From assembly GCA_032718475.1 (NCBI GenBank), contig JAUCBJ010007434.1, positions 1 to 33,279 of the forward strand: DNA of 33,279 nt, in the 5' to 3' direction. This stretch comes from Nemertoderma westbladi. Taxonomy: Eukaryota; Animalia; Xenacoelomorpha. The position numbers were made by a program, and so were the translations under genes. Shown piece after piece: positions 23,893-33,279 of this stretch. Position 1 is the first letter of the stretch, and every line of letters starts with the position of its first letter. The notes beneath the pieces were generated by a model, which was not told the origin of the DNA, ran no database searches, and saw only the letters and a list, made by a program, of their open reading frames with translations.

Positions 23893-24207
23893 ACGTGACT
23901 ATTTGCATAAATTGACCTACCCCCTAACAGTGTCAATTTGCTAAGGCTCTGCCAACTTCGTGCTGCGCGAAGTCCCCACTTTGTGTTTATTTATACCTAC
24001 TACCCATGGTTAAAAAAATATTTTAGGTATATCCTACTAGTACTATATATAATACCATAAAAACAGTACTGGTACATTTTAATGACATGGTGATTAAATA
24101 TTTAACACTATAATATTAATATAGGCCTGCCAGGTAAATACTACTAGATACTATTAGTCCATAATTAATTGGATTATACAGTGCATGTTTATACAATATT
24201 GTCACGC

Positions 24208-24600
24208 TCCCCGGCTGCACCACCACGACAACGACCCCTTGCTGCGCCAACGCGACCGTGCCCCTTCACTGCGCCACCGCGACCCATCACTGCGCCACTG
24301 CGACCCATCACTGCGCCACCGCGACCCCTCACAGCGCCACCCCAATCCCTAATGGCCGCTCCGGGACTGCCACCTGGGGGACCATGGTGCTCCCCAGCTG
24401 CGCCACCGCGACCACAGCCCCTCACTGTGCCACCGCGACCACAGCCCCTCACTGCGCCACCGTGACCACAGCCCCTCAATGAGCCACCGTGACTGCAGCC
24501 CCTCACTGCGCCAACCCGATCCCTAATGTCCTCTCCCGGACCGCCACCTGGGAGACCATGTTGCTCCCCAGCTTTCGCCACCTCGACCATGGCCCCTCTG
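24208..24600. repeat. GC-rich degenerate minisatellite (21- and 27-bp units, core CACTGCGCCACCGCGACC)
   Basis: Repeated CACTGCGCCACCGCGACCC(AT/CT) and ...CACAGCCCCT units, with a higher-order repeat of ATCCCTAATG.CC.CTCC...CCACCTGGG.GACCATG.TGCTCCCCAGCT. Confidence 0.85.
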
Positions 24601-24819
24601 AGCCCCAATGGCATCTCCAGAACCACCACATCATCTTATTGACAAGGCTCTTATAGCACCTGGCTGCAGCTCCAACTGTATGTTTCTAATTTGCAGCTCA
24701 ACGGCCAGAATCGGGCTCGCCGACATTATATGAATGGTCAGAAGCAACGGAAGTTCACTGTCGGCCGATTTTCCGGGCCTCACCCACCCAACAATGTACC
24801 ACCCCCCAGCGTCGTTTAG

Positions 24820-24916
24820 TTAATCAACCTGTCGTTCTGTCGCTTTTTTTGCGGTGTTCAATTTTTAACGTTAATAACTCGAACAATCCTTAATGAAATG
24901 TAACCAAACTTGGTAC
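24820..24916 (+). mobile_element. Fragment of the same non-autonomous element family as 26454-26538
   Basis: Shares TTAATCAACCTGTCGTTCTGTCG, GTGTTCAATTTT.AACGTTAATAACTCG and CCAAACTTGGTAC. Confidence 0.65.
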
Positions 24917-25061
24917 TGGTAGCAACTGCCAACTACAGAACTACCGGTACGGTACCGGTACTGAACTATGACAGCACTATACCGCATTTCTACTCTCCTG
25001 TCAGCGACGGAAGAAAATGAATTTCTTCGTTTGCGGTTTCTACTCTTGTTAACGGTTAAAT

Positions 25062-26429
25062 ATGTTAATTAAAGACTATGTATTGGTACGACCGACGGCA
25101 CCGGCAACTGGTATAATCAGATGTAAAGCAGTAGGACCCGATGGTCTGAGCGCTGAATATTTTATTAACGGGTGCAACTTTGAATTGATTAATTGTATTA
25201 TGGTGCTATTTAATTCAATTTTCATTCATGGGTATTTACCCGAGAAAATGATTGAATCCATTATTATACCTTTGGTAAAAGACCGTTCTGATGATGTCAC
25301 ATCGAAAGATAACTATCGTGGCATTGCTATAGCTACGGTGTTAAGTAAGATTTTTGAGTTTGTAATTATCAATCGGGTGGTAAACATACTTTCGTCAACA
25401 CCGAATCAATTCGGCTTTAAAGGAAAATTAGGCACTGAACTTTGTGTATACACATTTAAGGAAATAGTTAATTATTATTTGTCAAGAAACACACCGGTGT
25501 ATGTATGTATGTTGGACCTTAGCAAGGCATTTGATCGCATTAACCACTATTTACTTTTTGATAAGTTGATTGACCGTGGTGTGCCGTTATTTATAGTTCG
25601 GGTTATATTATTTTGGTACAGAAATCAATTAATGTGCGTAAGATGGGGGTCTATTCTATCGAATAGTTTTACGGTTACAAATGGTACCAAACAGGGCGGG
25701 ATACTCTCCCCCCTGTTCTTTAATATTTATATTGATAACTTAAGTGCAGATCTAACTAATACTGGGTTGGGCTGCAAAATGGGTGACATGCGAATTAACC
25801 ACTTGTGCTATGCTGATGATCTTTGTTTGCTAAGTAATTCTATTTTTGGTCTGCAGTGCTTAATAAATATTGCAATAAAATTTGCGGATAGTAGTTCTAT
25901 GCTGTTTAATTTAAAAAAAACTAAGTGTATGTACTACTATCCCAAATCCTCTCAAGGTTGTGCGTCTAATGTATATATATATGGAAAACGAATTGAAATT
26001 GTCGATAAATTTGTTTACTTAGGTCATTTATTACATTGTAGTACCGACGACGACTTCGATATTCTTAGGCAAACTAACTCACTCTATGCACGTGGTAATT
26101 ACATATGTAGGAAATTTGGTAGTTGTTCAGATAAGGTTAAAGTTAAGTTGTTTCAAGCATTTTGTACTCCTATTTATTGTAATGCGCTGTGGGCTAGCTC
26201 AAACTACTCCCAGAGTGCATTCCAAAAAATACGTGTTGCTTATAATAATTGTTTACGTATGTTATTTAACATTCCTCGAATGACTGGTGATGATCCCACC
26301 AGTATATCTTTATACTTTGGAACTTTGAATATCCCGATGTTTGTTCATATACAGCATACTTCACGGAATAGTTTATTTAATAGGGTCATAAATAGTGCAA
26401 ATATAATTGTGGGGCGAGCCACGAAGTGA
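25062..26429 (+). CDS. Reverse transcriptase of a 5'-truncated non-LTR retrotransposon (LINE, RTE-X-like)
   Basis: RT motifs KAVGPDGL, NYRGIA, NQFGFK, LDLSKAFDRI, GTKQGGILSPLFFNIY, YADD (25809-25820) and FVYLG. The C-terminal LYARGN...KVKLFQAFC...RVAYNN block is typical of RTE-X-like ORF2. No AP-endonuclease domain lies upstream. The last residues (VGRATK) come from the downstream insertion. Confidence 0.92.
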   Translation: MLIKDYVLVRPTAPATGIIRCKAVGPDGLSAEYFINGCNFELINCIMVLFNSIFIHGYLPEKMIESIIIPLVKDRSDDVTSKDNYRGIAIATVLSKIFEFVIINRVVNILSSTPNQFGFKGKLGTELCVYTFKEIVNYYLSRNTPVYVCMLDLSKAFDRINHYLLFDKLIDRGVPLFIVRVILFWYRNQLMCVRWGSILSNSFTVTNGTKQGGILSPLFFNIYIDNLSADLTNTGLGCKMGDMRINHLCYADDLCLLSNSIFGLQCLINIAIKFADSSSMLFNLKKTKCMYYYPKSSQGCASNVYIYGKRIEIVDKFVYLGHLLHCSTDDDFDILRQTNSLYARGNYICRKFGSCSDKVKVKLFQAFCTPIYCNALWASSNYSQSAFQKIRVAYNNCLRMLFNIPRMTGDDPTSISLYFGTLNIPMFVHIQHTSRNSLFNRVINSANIIVGRATK

Positions 26430-26600
26430 GTGAGCCTTAGCGTAGTGGTACCATTAATCAACCTGTCGTTCTGTCGTGTTCAATTTTAAACGTTAATAAC
26501 TCGGCCAATCTTTGATGAAATCTATCCAAACTTGGTACACATGTTGTTTGGCAAAAGTTTAGAAATTTTCCAAGTAGAATTTCCGTGTGGCCTTCGAGAA
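26408..26600 (+). mobile_element. 5' part of a HINE/MITE-like element related to 23477-23983, interrupting the LINE 3' end (right boundary uncertain)
   Basis: First 20 nt TGTGGGGCGAGCCACGAAGT are identical to 23477-23496, followed by GAGCCTTAGCG. Confidence 0.7.
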
Positions 26601-27880
26601 GCTAAGATAATAGCAGTTAATTAGTTAATTAAGTTGATTACGGTAAAAACACCATTTTCAACCTGCCTTTTAAAGGAAATTAATGGTTTTACAGTATAAG
26701 ATTTAAATAATTATACTTAAAAATTATACAGATGTAATCCACATACGCCATTCTATTATAGTTTTTAATTAGTTCAAGTGATTTGCTTTAATAATTGTGT
26801 CTTAATTGATCTAAAGTAATTAAAACGGCAAAAAAAATTGATTATCATTAAATACTGCTCATTTATTGGCCAACATGCTGGTACATAGATGGAAGGATGT
26901 GTGTGTAAGGCAGCCAGTTGCTGGGAATGATTATTGGTCAAGTCTCCGCTGGTGTGGAGCTAGCTGGCTTGGAGTTGTGGCTGTAGACTAACCAGAGAGG
27001 AATTGTAATAGGCAACCAGTATTGCTATTCCAGCCCAGACAGCATTCTTTAAATCCAACATCCCAACATCCTTCCTGTATTCCAATTCCTAATGACTCTA
27101 CTACAGTACTATAAGTGTTGTATTGCTATCTCAGGTAAATGACAGATATAATAAAATAAATACCATACATGGCATGGCTGTTGTAGGCTTCTGAAATAGT
27201 TTATTCCACAATGTATATGTCTGGTTATTTTTTAATTGAATTTTTGCTAAGTAGTACAATTAATGTTCTTAAAAATAATATTATTATTTTATATGTAACC
27301 GAGAGAAAGCCGCCCCAATATTAGATTATTACAACAACATATCCATTGGGTAAGAAAGTGGAGGAGAGCCAGCCCGTCTCTTAATTTTTTACTTTATATT
27401 ACGCGATCAATTTTCACTCATCTCGTCATGAACCCAACATGTATGTAACCTTTTGTTAAATTTGTTGGCTATGCGTTTGCGGTTGTTTGGGCGGAGTGTG
27501 GTAGGCCTACACTTTTCACACTTAAATATTTTGGTTGTGAAATGTTACAGGGCATAGCGATCTGAGATATTTCATTTATATTTTATTATGAGAGGAAGAA
27601 GAACATACAACGTTATTTACTATGTAACAAAATAATTGTTTTCGGGTTTAACTTGGAAGCCTCCCCAAATAGTTGATATACAATTATATTTAAAATTATT
27701 TCCATGGTCATGGTCATTCACCCGTCTTTAGTTAGAAATTTGTTTGCATGAAAGACAGTTTAGTTTAGTTTTTACTGATTTATTATCTCTTATCTGACTG
27801 GGGTAATAATAAAGGATAGGATAAATGGAAGCAAAGTGTGACAGTAACAAATATTTCCCCGTCACCCTAGCATGTCTTAA

Positions 27881-30285
27881 GTATATGATATATCAAAGGG
27901 GGAAGTTTGGATTCACTGCATAAATGCAGTTCACCAAACTTCCCCCGAATACACACTGTAACTTCCCCCTTCCCCCAAATATCCACTGTTGAATTAATTT
28001 GAAGCGATATAATAAGTACAAAATTTTGCGAGTTTTTAATTGTGTGGTCCAATTGTTATTTGATTTCTATTTATTATTTAAAGTGCATTTAATATCACAC
28101 TGGTTTTTAGAATATTATACTATACAACCTTATGTTTTATTAATTTACCCAATCGAAGCCTCATAAGGGCCGGTTATTTGTACGCATATCCCTAATGCGC
28201 TCAGTAAGGTTCAAACAACATATTAATATGAAAATAAAGTATCTGCAAAGAAAAGAACCCAATACTATATAATTTGACCTTATTAAAAAATTTGCACTTT
28301 TGCACACTTATTTGTACAAGTGCACTTCAGCAGATCGTAATGGTGGCTCTTATTTAACAAACTTATGTTTATCCTCTACCGATCTACGGTGTATGATCAA
28401 GTGTCAGTCGCTAAAAGTGTCAAAAATCCAATTTAATAAATCTGGATTTGCGATTTTGGACCATATTCATGGACATTTTAAGTCACTTTATAGACATAAA
28501 AAGTTAAACAAATGTTACGATTATAGTTAGAAATCATTCCAAACTACATTTTAATCCAAAAAATAACATTCTACGATGAATAGAACTGGAAATAATAGTG
28601 TTTGAAATATCGAAAAAATGTTCACTATTTAAGTGCATTTTGCACTAAGTGCACATGCGTCTTTTCCCAAGTTGTATCCTATTTCACACACTACAATCTA
28701 TTCTCTATCCAATGAAAAAAGTTTCAGATTAAACGGCCCTGTAGAACCGAAGTTATTTATGTTTAAAAATAGTCACTCGAAAATTTCGTATTCTCTTGGT
28801 CACATAGTCTAGTGGTTATCAATCACGTTAATGAAACCTAAGTTCGTGGGTTCGAAACCCAATATTGACCTGACCATTCTTAATTTTTTTGCAAAAAAAA
28901 TTATTTTTATTTTTTCACTAAAATCGCTCTAACTTCGCTTCTGGTGGTCCAAATTCAATAAAATTGGTATATTCTTTGCCGTAATTTTTTTCTTAATCTT
29001 TTGAGAAGGGGTTATTTTTGGCCCCAAAATAATTAAAAAAAAGGGCCAAAATAACGCGATATTTTTCGACCCTTAAAATTCGGAATTTTAATTATATATG
29101 TTAAGATAAAAGATAGCGGAGTTAATTTGATACTTTTTACAGGTACTTTTGGCGCAATACGCTAAATTATAATGGAATAGCGATTTGTTAAAAAAAAAAA
29201 TTTTCGTCCCTTTTTATAAATATTATATTTCACACGATCGCCTGCCGCTCCAGTTTTATAATACCTCCAGCGCTGTGATTAACGCTGTTAGATAGATAAT
29301 TTAACGCACTATAAGTCTGTGTAAACAAATCTCCCGTAAGTTAAGTAGTTTTCGAGCTAGACGATTTCCCGCGAAGCAAGTTTGAAGCGCGAAATTATAA
29401 TTTTGGCCCTCATTTTTTTAATATCATCCTTGGAGCAAAACCGATAGCATATTTGAATTCCCCGTATGGATATTGACTGTATAGAATGTACCTTAACCAA
29501 CTAAAGTTAAAAATAAAAAATTATTCGATAAAAACTACTTTACAAATTCTGGCCCTTTTTGGCCCCTATTGCCGACATATTTTTTGTACCCCCATTCGAT
29601 AGGAACGTAGCCCCAATGGTCTTCTACGAGTTTCATAAAAGAATTAGTGGATTCCTACCCGCGTTGTCGAATTAAACATTTCGGAAATAAGTTTTCCAAA
29701 AAAGACGGACAAAAACGTACAAATTTACAGCCCCTTTTTCCACCCGAAATTTTAATAAATATCTTACCCCCATTCGATACGAAGGTAGTACCACTCTTCC
29801 CCTTTCCAACCGCGTTACTTTCGTCCCCGTACGATTAATATTAGCTGAGTTATAGCGGATCCCGCAAAGTCATTTTGTCCGTTTTTTCAACTTTGACGGA
29901 CATTTTCGGAAAAAAGGCGTGGTAATCTTTTTTGAAAAAAAAAACGAATTCACTAATTAATCCCTTCTATCGTATCCCGGCGTCGGCTAAGCAATAACCT
30001 AGGGTTTTTTCGAGCCACTGTAGAGCGCCTTTCAAAAAAATTTTAAAATTGTCGAAAAAATGACGGTTTTTTGTCCGCCGTGTCCGTCGAAGGGTTAGAT
30101 TTCATAATGTTAGAGTTGCTAATATCTTAGAATTCCGAGCCGCTCCCCTGGTGAGAAAATAAAAAAAATTGGTCAGTTCCTTCATCGAAAAGTCCCCCAG
30201 AATCCCAAGTTAACCTATATAGTTAGCGAGGGCCTGCGGCTTTAGGAGCGGCCGCGGTATTCACCTCCCTCATAGCGGCCGCGGC
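27881..30285. repeat. Copy A of a ~2-2.4-kb non-coding repeat (likely non-autonomous DNA element)
   Basis: Colinear with 30895-33255 (offset ~2984-3014). High similarity to ~29903, patchy thereafter, with hairpins at both ends. Confidence 0.85.
28798..28870 (+). pseudogene. tRNA-like sequence (tRNA pseudogene or SINE head), anticodon arm degenerate
   Basis: 73 nt with GGTCA...TGACC acceptor pairing, A box TAGTCTAGTGG, B box/T arm TGGG-TTCGAAA-CCCA and a downstream T run. Confidence 0.6.
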
Positions 30286-30894
30286 GGTGTTGCGTCAAAT
30301 GGAGAAATATTTATCCCACCAAGGTGGACCCAAAATGAAGTTATACTTAAAGAACAACCACGAGGTAAAGGGAAAAGCGTGGAGGGGGGGGGGGGGGGGG
30401 GGGGTATGCGTCGAATGACACAAGGGGAGACGAACTGGACTCGTTAATTTTATATTACTCGAAATTTTATGTAATATATTTTCGCTCCCAGTGTACACTC
30501 GTTATATATACCGGTAACCCATTAATATTAATATATACTACTCAGTCGTTTGTACATAATACAAAGCCTGTAAGTTATAGTCACCGAAACATTTCAGCTC
30601 GGAAATTATAATATATGAATCAAGGATGTCTCTCTTATGATCTTCATAGAATAGATATGGTTATTGATACTGTTACATTGTGATAATGGATTCTAGGTTT
30701 CTTTCACTGGTAAATCCGTATAAATGTTGAAGTAATAAAATTTAATTACAGAACCATAGTTCGAAGATCAGCATTATTCATACCACTCATTGCTTAGAAA
30801 TTTTACAGGATAATTTTGTTAATCTGACTTAAGTTGTTTAGGTTGAACAAAGTCTACATAGTAAACAACAGGTCCTCCAAAGAGTGTGTCTTTG

Positions 30895-33255
30895 GTATAT
30901 TATATCATGAAGGGGGAAGTTAGATTCACTGCATAAATGCAGTTCATCTAACTTCCCCCAAATATCCACTGTTGAATAAAATTGAAGCGATAAGTCCGTA
31001 AAGGTGCGAGTTTTTTTAATAAATTGTGTGGTCCATTTGTTATCTGATCTCTATTTATTGTTTAAAATTCATTTAAGATCACACTATTTTTTTTAGAATA
31101 TTACAACCTTATGTTTTATTAATTTACCCAATCGAACCCTTATAAGGACCGGTTATTTGTACACATGTCCCTAATGCGCTCAGTAAGGTCCAAACAACAT
31201 ATTAATATGAAAATAAACGATCTGCAACGAAAAGAACCCAATAATACACAATTTGACCTTTTTATAAAAAACTTGCACATTTGCACACATATTTGCACAA
31301 GTGCACTTTAGCGGATCCTAAAGGTGGTTCCTATTTAACACACTTATGTCTATCCTCTACCGATCTACGATGGTGCATGATCAAGTGTCAGTCGCTAAAA
31401 GTGTAAAAAATCCAATTTAATAAATCGCGACATTTGCGATTTTGGACCATATTCATGGACATTTTAAGTCACTTTATAGACATAAAAAGATAAACAAATG
31501 TTAAGATTATAGTTAGAAATCACTCCAAACTACATTTTAACCCAAAAACTAACATTCTAGGATGTATAGAACTTGAAATAATACTGTTTGAATTATCGAA
31601 AAAATGTGCACTATTTAAGTGCATTTTGCACTAAGTGCACTTGTGTCCTTTCCCAAGTTGTATCCTATTTCACACACTACAATCTATCCTCTATCCAATG
31701 AAAAAAGTTTCAGATCAAACGGCCCAGTAGAACCGAAGTTATTGATGTTTTAAAATAGTCACTCGAAAATTTCAAATTCACTTGGTCACATAGTCTAGTG
31801 GTAATCAATCACGTTAATGAAACCTAAGTTCGCGGGTACGAAATCCAATATTGACCATTCTTAATTTTTTGTAAAAAAATTTTTTTTTTATATTTTCACT
31901 AAAATCGCTCTAACTTCGGTTCTGGTGGTCCAAATTCAATAAAATTGGTATATTCTTTGCCGTAATTTTTTTTTCTATCTTTTGAGAGGGGGTCATTTTT
32001 GGCCCCAAAAAAAATGAAAAAAAAGGGCCAAAATTACGTAATATTTTTCGACCCTTAAAATTCGTAATTTTAATTATAAATGTTAAGAAAAAAGATAGCG
32101 GAGGTAATTTGCTAAATTTTAAATGTACTTTTGGCGCAATACGCTAAATTATCATAGAGTAGCGATTTATTAAAAAAAAAAATTTTTTCGTCCCTTTTTT
32201 TAAATATTTTATTTCACACGATCGTCTGCCGCAGCAGTTGTATAAAAGCTAATGCGCTGTAACTAACGCTGTTAGATAGATAATTTAACGCACTATAAGT
32301 CTGTGTAAACAAATCTCCCGTAAGTTAAGTAGTTTTCGAGCTAGACGATTTCCCGCGAAGCAAGTTTGAAGGGCGAAATTTTATTTTTGGCCCTCATTTT
32401 TTTAATAGCGTCCGCGGAGCAAAACCGATAGCATATTTGAATTCCCCGTATCGATATTGACTGTATAAAATGTACCTTAACCAACTAAAGTGAAAAATAA
32501 AAAATTATTCGATAAAAACTATTTTACATATTCTTGCCCTCTTTGGCCCCTATTGTTGACATATTTGTTGTACCCCCACTCGATAGGAACGTAGCCCCAA
32601 TGGTCTTCTACGAGTTTCAAAAAAGAATTAGTGGAATCCTACCCGCGTTGTCAAATTAAACATTTCGGAAATAAAATTTCGAAAAAAGACGGACAAAAAC
32701 GTAGAAATTTACGGCCCCTTTTTTCCACCCGAAATTTTAATAAATATCTTACCCCCATTCGATACGAAGGTAGTACCACTCTTCCCCTTTCCAACCGCGT
32801 TACTTTCGTCCCCGTACGATTAATATTAGCCGAGTTATAGCGGATTCCGCAAAGTCATTTTGTCCGTTTTTTCAACTTTGACGGACAATAGACGGAAAAC
32901 AAGCCCGGAGGCGGGGTATTCCAAGATGTGGAAACGTCTAATTTAGACCCCCTCTTTCGATTCTCGGTGTCTCTGGATGCGTCAAATAGAGGTTTTTTAA
33001 GAGTCCTAGTGAAAAAAAGACAAAAAAACCAGACAATTGTCCGTCATGTCCGTCAAAACGATAGATTCGCTAAAAGCTCTGAAGAATCTTATTTTTTTGG
33101 CATTACGCGTCCCCCCTCGAAAAATCGAGAAAATCGTACGGCTGGAAATAGGTCGAATGGGGGGGGAACACCGTTTTCGCAGTAACTACGCGTCCAGTAT
33201 GTAGACTGCGTCCTTTAGAGGGGCGGCGAATTCACCTCACTCGACGCCGCCCTTA
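30895..33255. repeat. Copy B of the ~2-2.4-kb non-coding repeat
   Basis: Colinear with 27881-30285; ORF pair 29647/32631 is homologous. Confidence 0.85.
31784..31857 (+). pseudogene. Second, more degraded tRNA-like sequence
   Basis: Homologous to 28798-28870. The A box is intact and the B box is mutated to GGTACGAAATC. Confidence 0.5.
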
Positions 33256-33279
33256 CTGAATGTTTTTAAAAGATATTTC

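Larger units (their letters stand above)
23477..23983 (+). mobile_element. 507-bp non-autonomous element (Helentron/HINE-like or MITE) with 65-bp subterminal inverted repeats and (GTC)17
   Basis: Absent at the empty sites (~13948, ~18925: TATTAC^TGTTTATT). Inverted repeats at 23489-23553/23898-23962 (3 mismatches), termini GTGGGG...CCCCAC, a 3' hairpin ACTTCGTGC-T-GCGCGAAGT, and a microsatellite at 23555-23605. Confidence 0.85.
19166..24227. repeat. Tandem array unit III (with 507-bp insertion and expanded minisatellite)
   Basis: Ends at CCCCGGCTGCACCACCACG (24227), after which the sequence no longer continues into a BAF 3' end. Confidence 0.92.

Noticed and set aside
6855-24227. Array unit as a Helitron or TIR transposon carrying BAF
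   Set aside because: The unit ends show no TC...CTRR, terminal hairpin, TIR or TSD. The junction is a 3-bp microhomology that cuts through the ORF.
24169-24629. Pro-rich and Gly-rich ORFs as real genes
   Set aside because: They are explained by a GC-rich minisatellite lacking stops, are open in several frames, and have no unique domain.
25062-26429. RT as a retron, group II intron, DGR or telomerase-type enzyme
   Set aside because: The motifs (KAVGPDGL, NQFGF, DLSKAFD, QGGILSP, FVYLG) and C-terminal block are those of non-LTR retrotransposons. No msr/msd, intron RNA or TR/VR pair is seen.
29647-29838. Homologous ORFs 29647-29838 and 32631-32840
   Set aside because: They have GTG starts and a frameshift between the copies, consistent with non-coding repeat sequence.
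30383-30404. Long poly-G tract
   Set aside because: A simple homopolymer of unreliable length with no supporting context.

Overview
AT-rich eukaryotic (probably invertebrate animal; inference) genomic DNA made almost entirely of repeats, with no prokaryotic-style genes. From left to right: (1) a near-identical 1,254-bp inverted duplication (93-1346 / 5524-6777) enclosing an older diverged copy and a LINE 3' remnant; (2) a head-to-tail array of three ~4.4-kb units (6855-24227) carrying four intronless, divergent barrier-to-autointegration factor (BAF/BANF1)-like ORFs on the minus strand, plus 48-bp minisatellites and nested duplications; (3) a 507-bp Helentron/MITE-like insertion with two CTCF-like motifs; (4) a GC-rich minisatellite; (5) a 5'-truncated non-LTR (RTE-X-like) reverse transcriptase ORF; (6) two diverged ~2-2.4-kb repeat copies, each with terminal hairpins and an embedded tRNA-like sequence. 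The most interesting signal is the BAF-like cluster. One copy keeps the GIG helix-hairpin-helix motif. Three copies carry EIG, the natural equivalent of the DNA-binding-defective human BAF G25E mutant. All four lack the N-terminal helix and phosphosites, and the family has a Cys/Arg-rich tail. Alignments were made by eye against the human BAF sequence recalled from memory; no database search was run.
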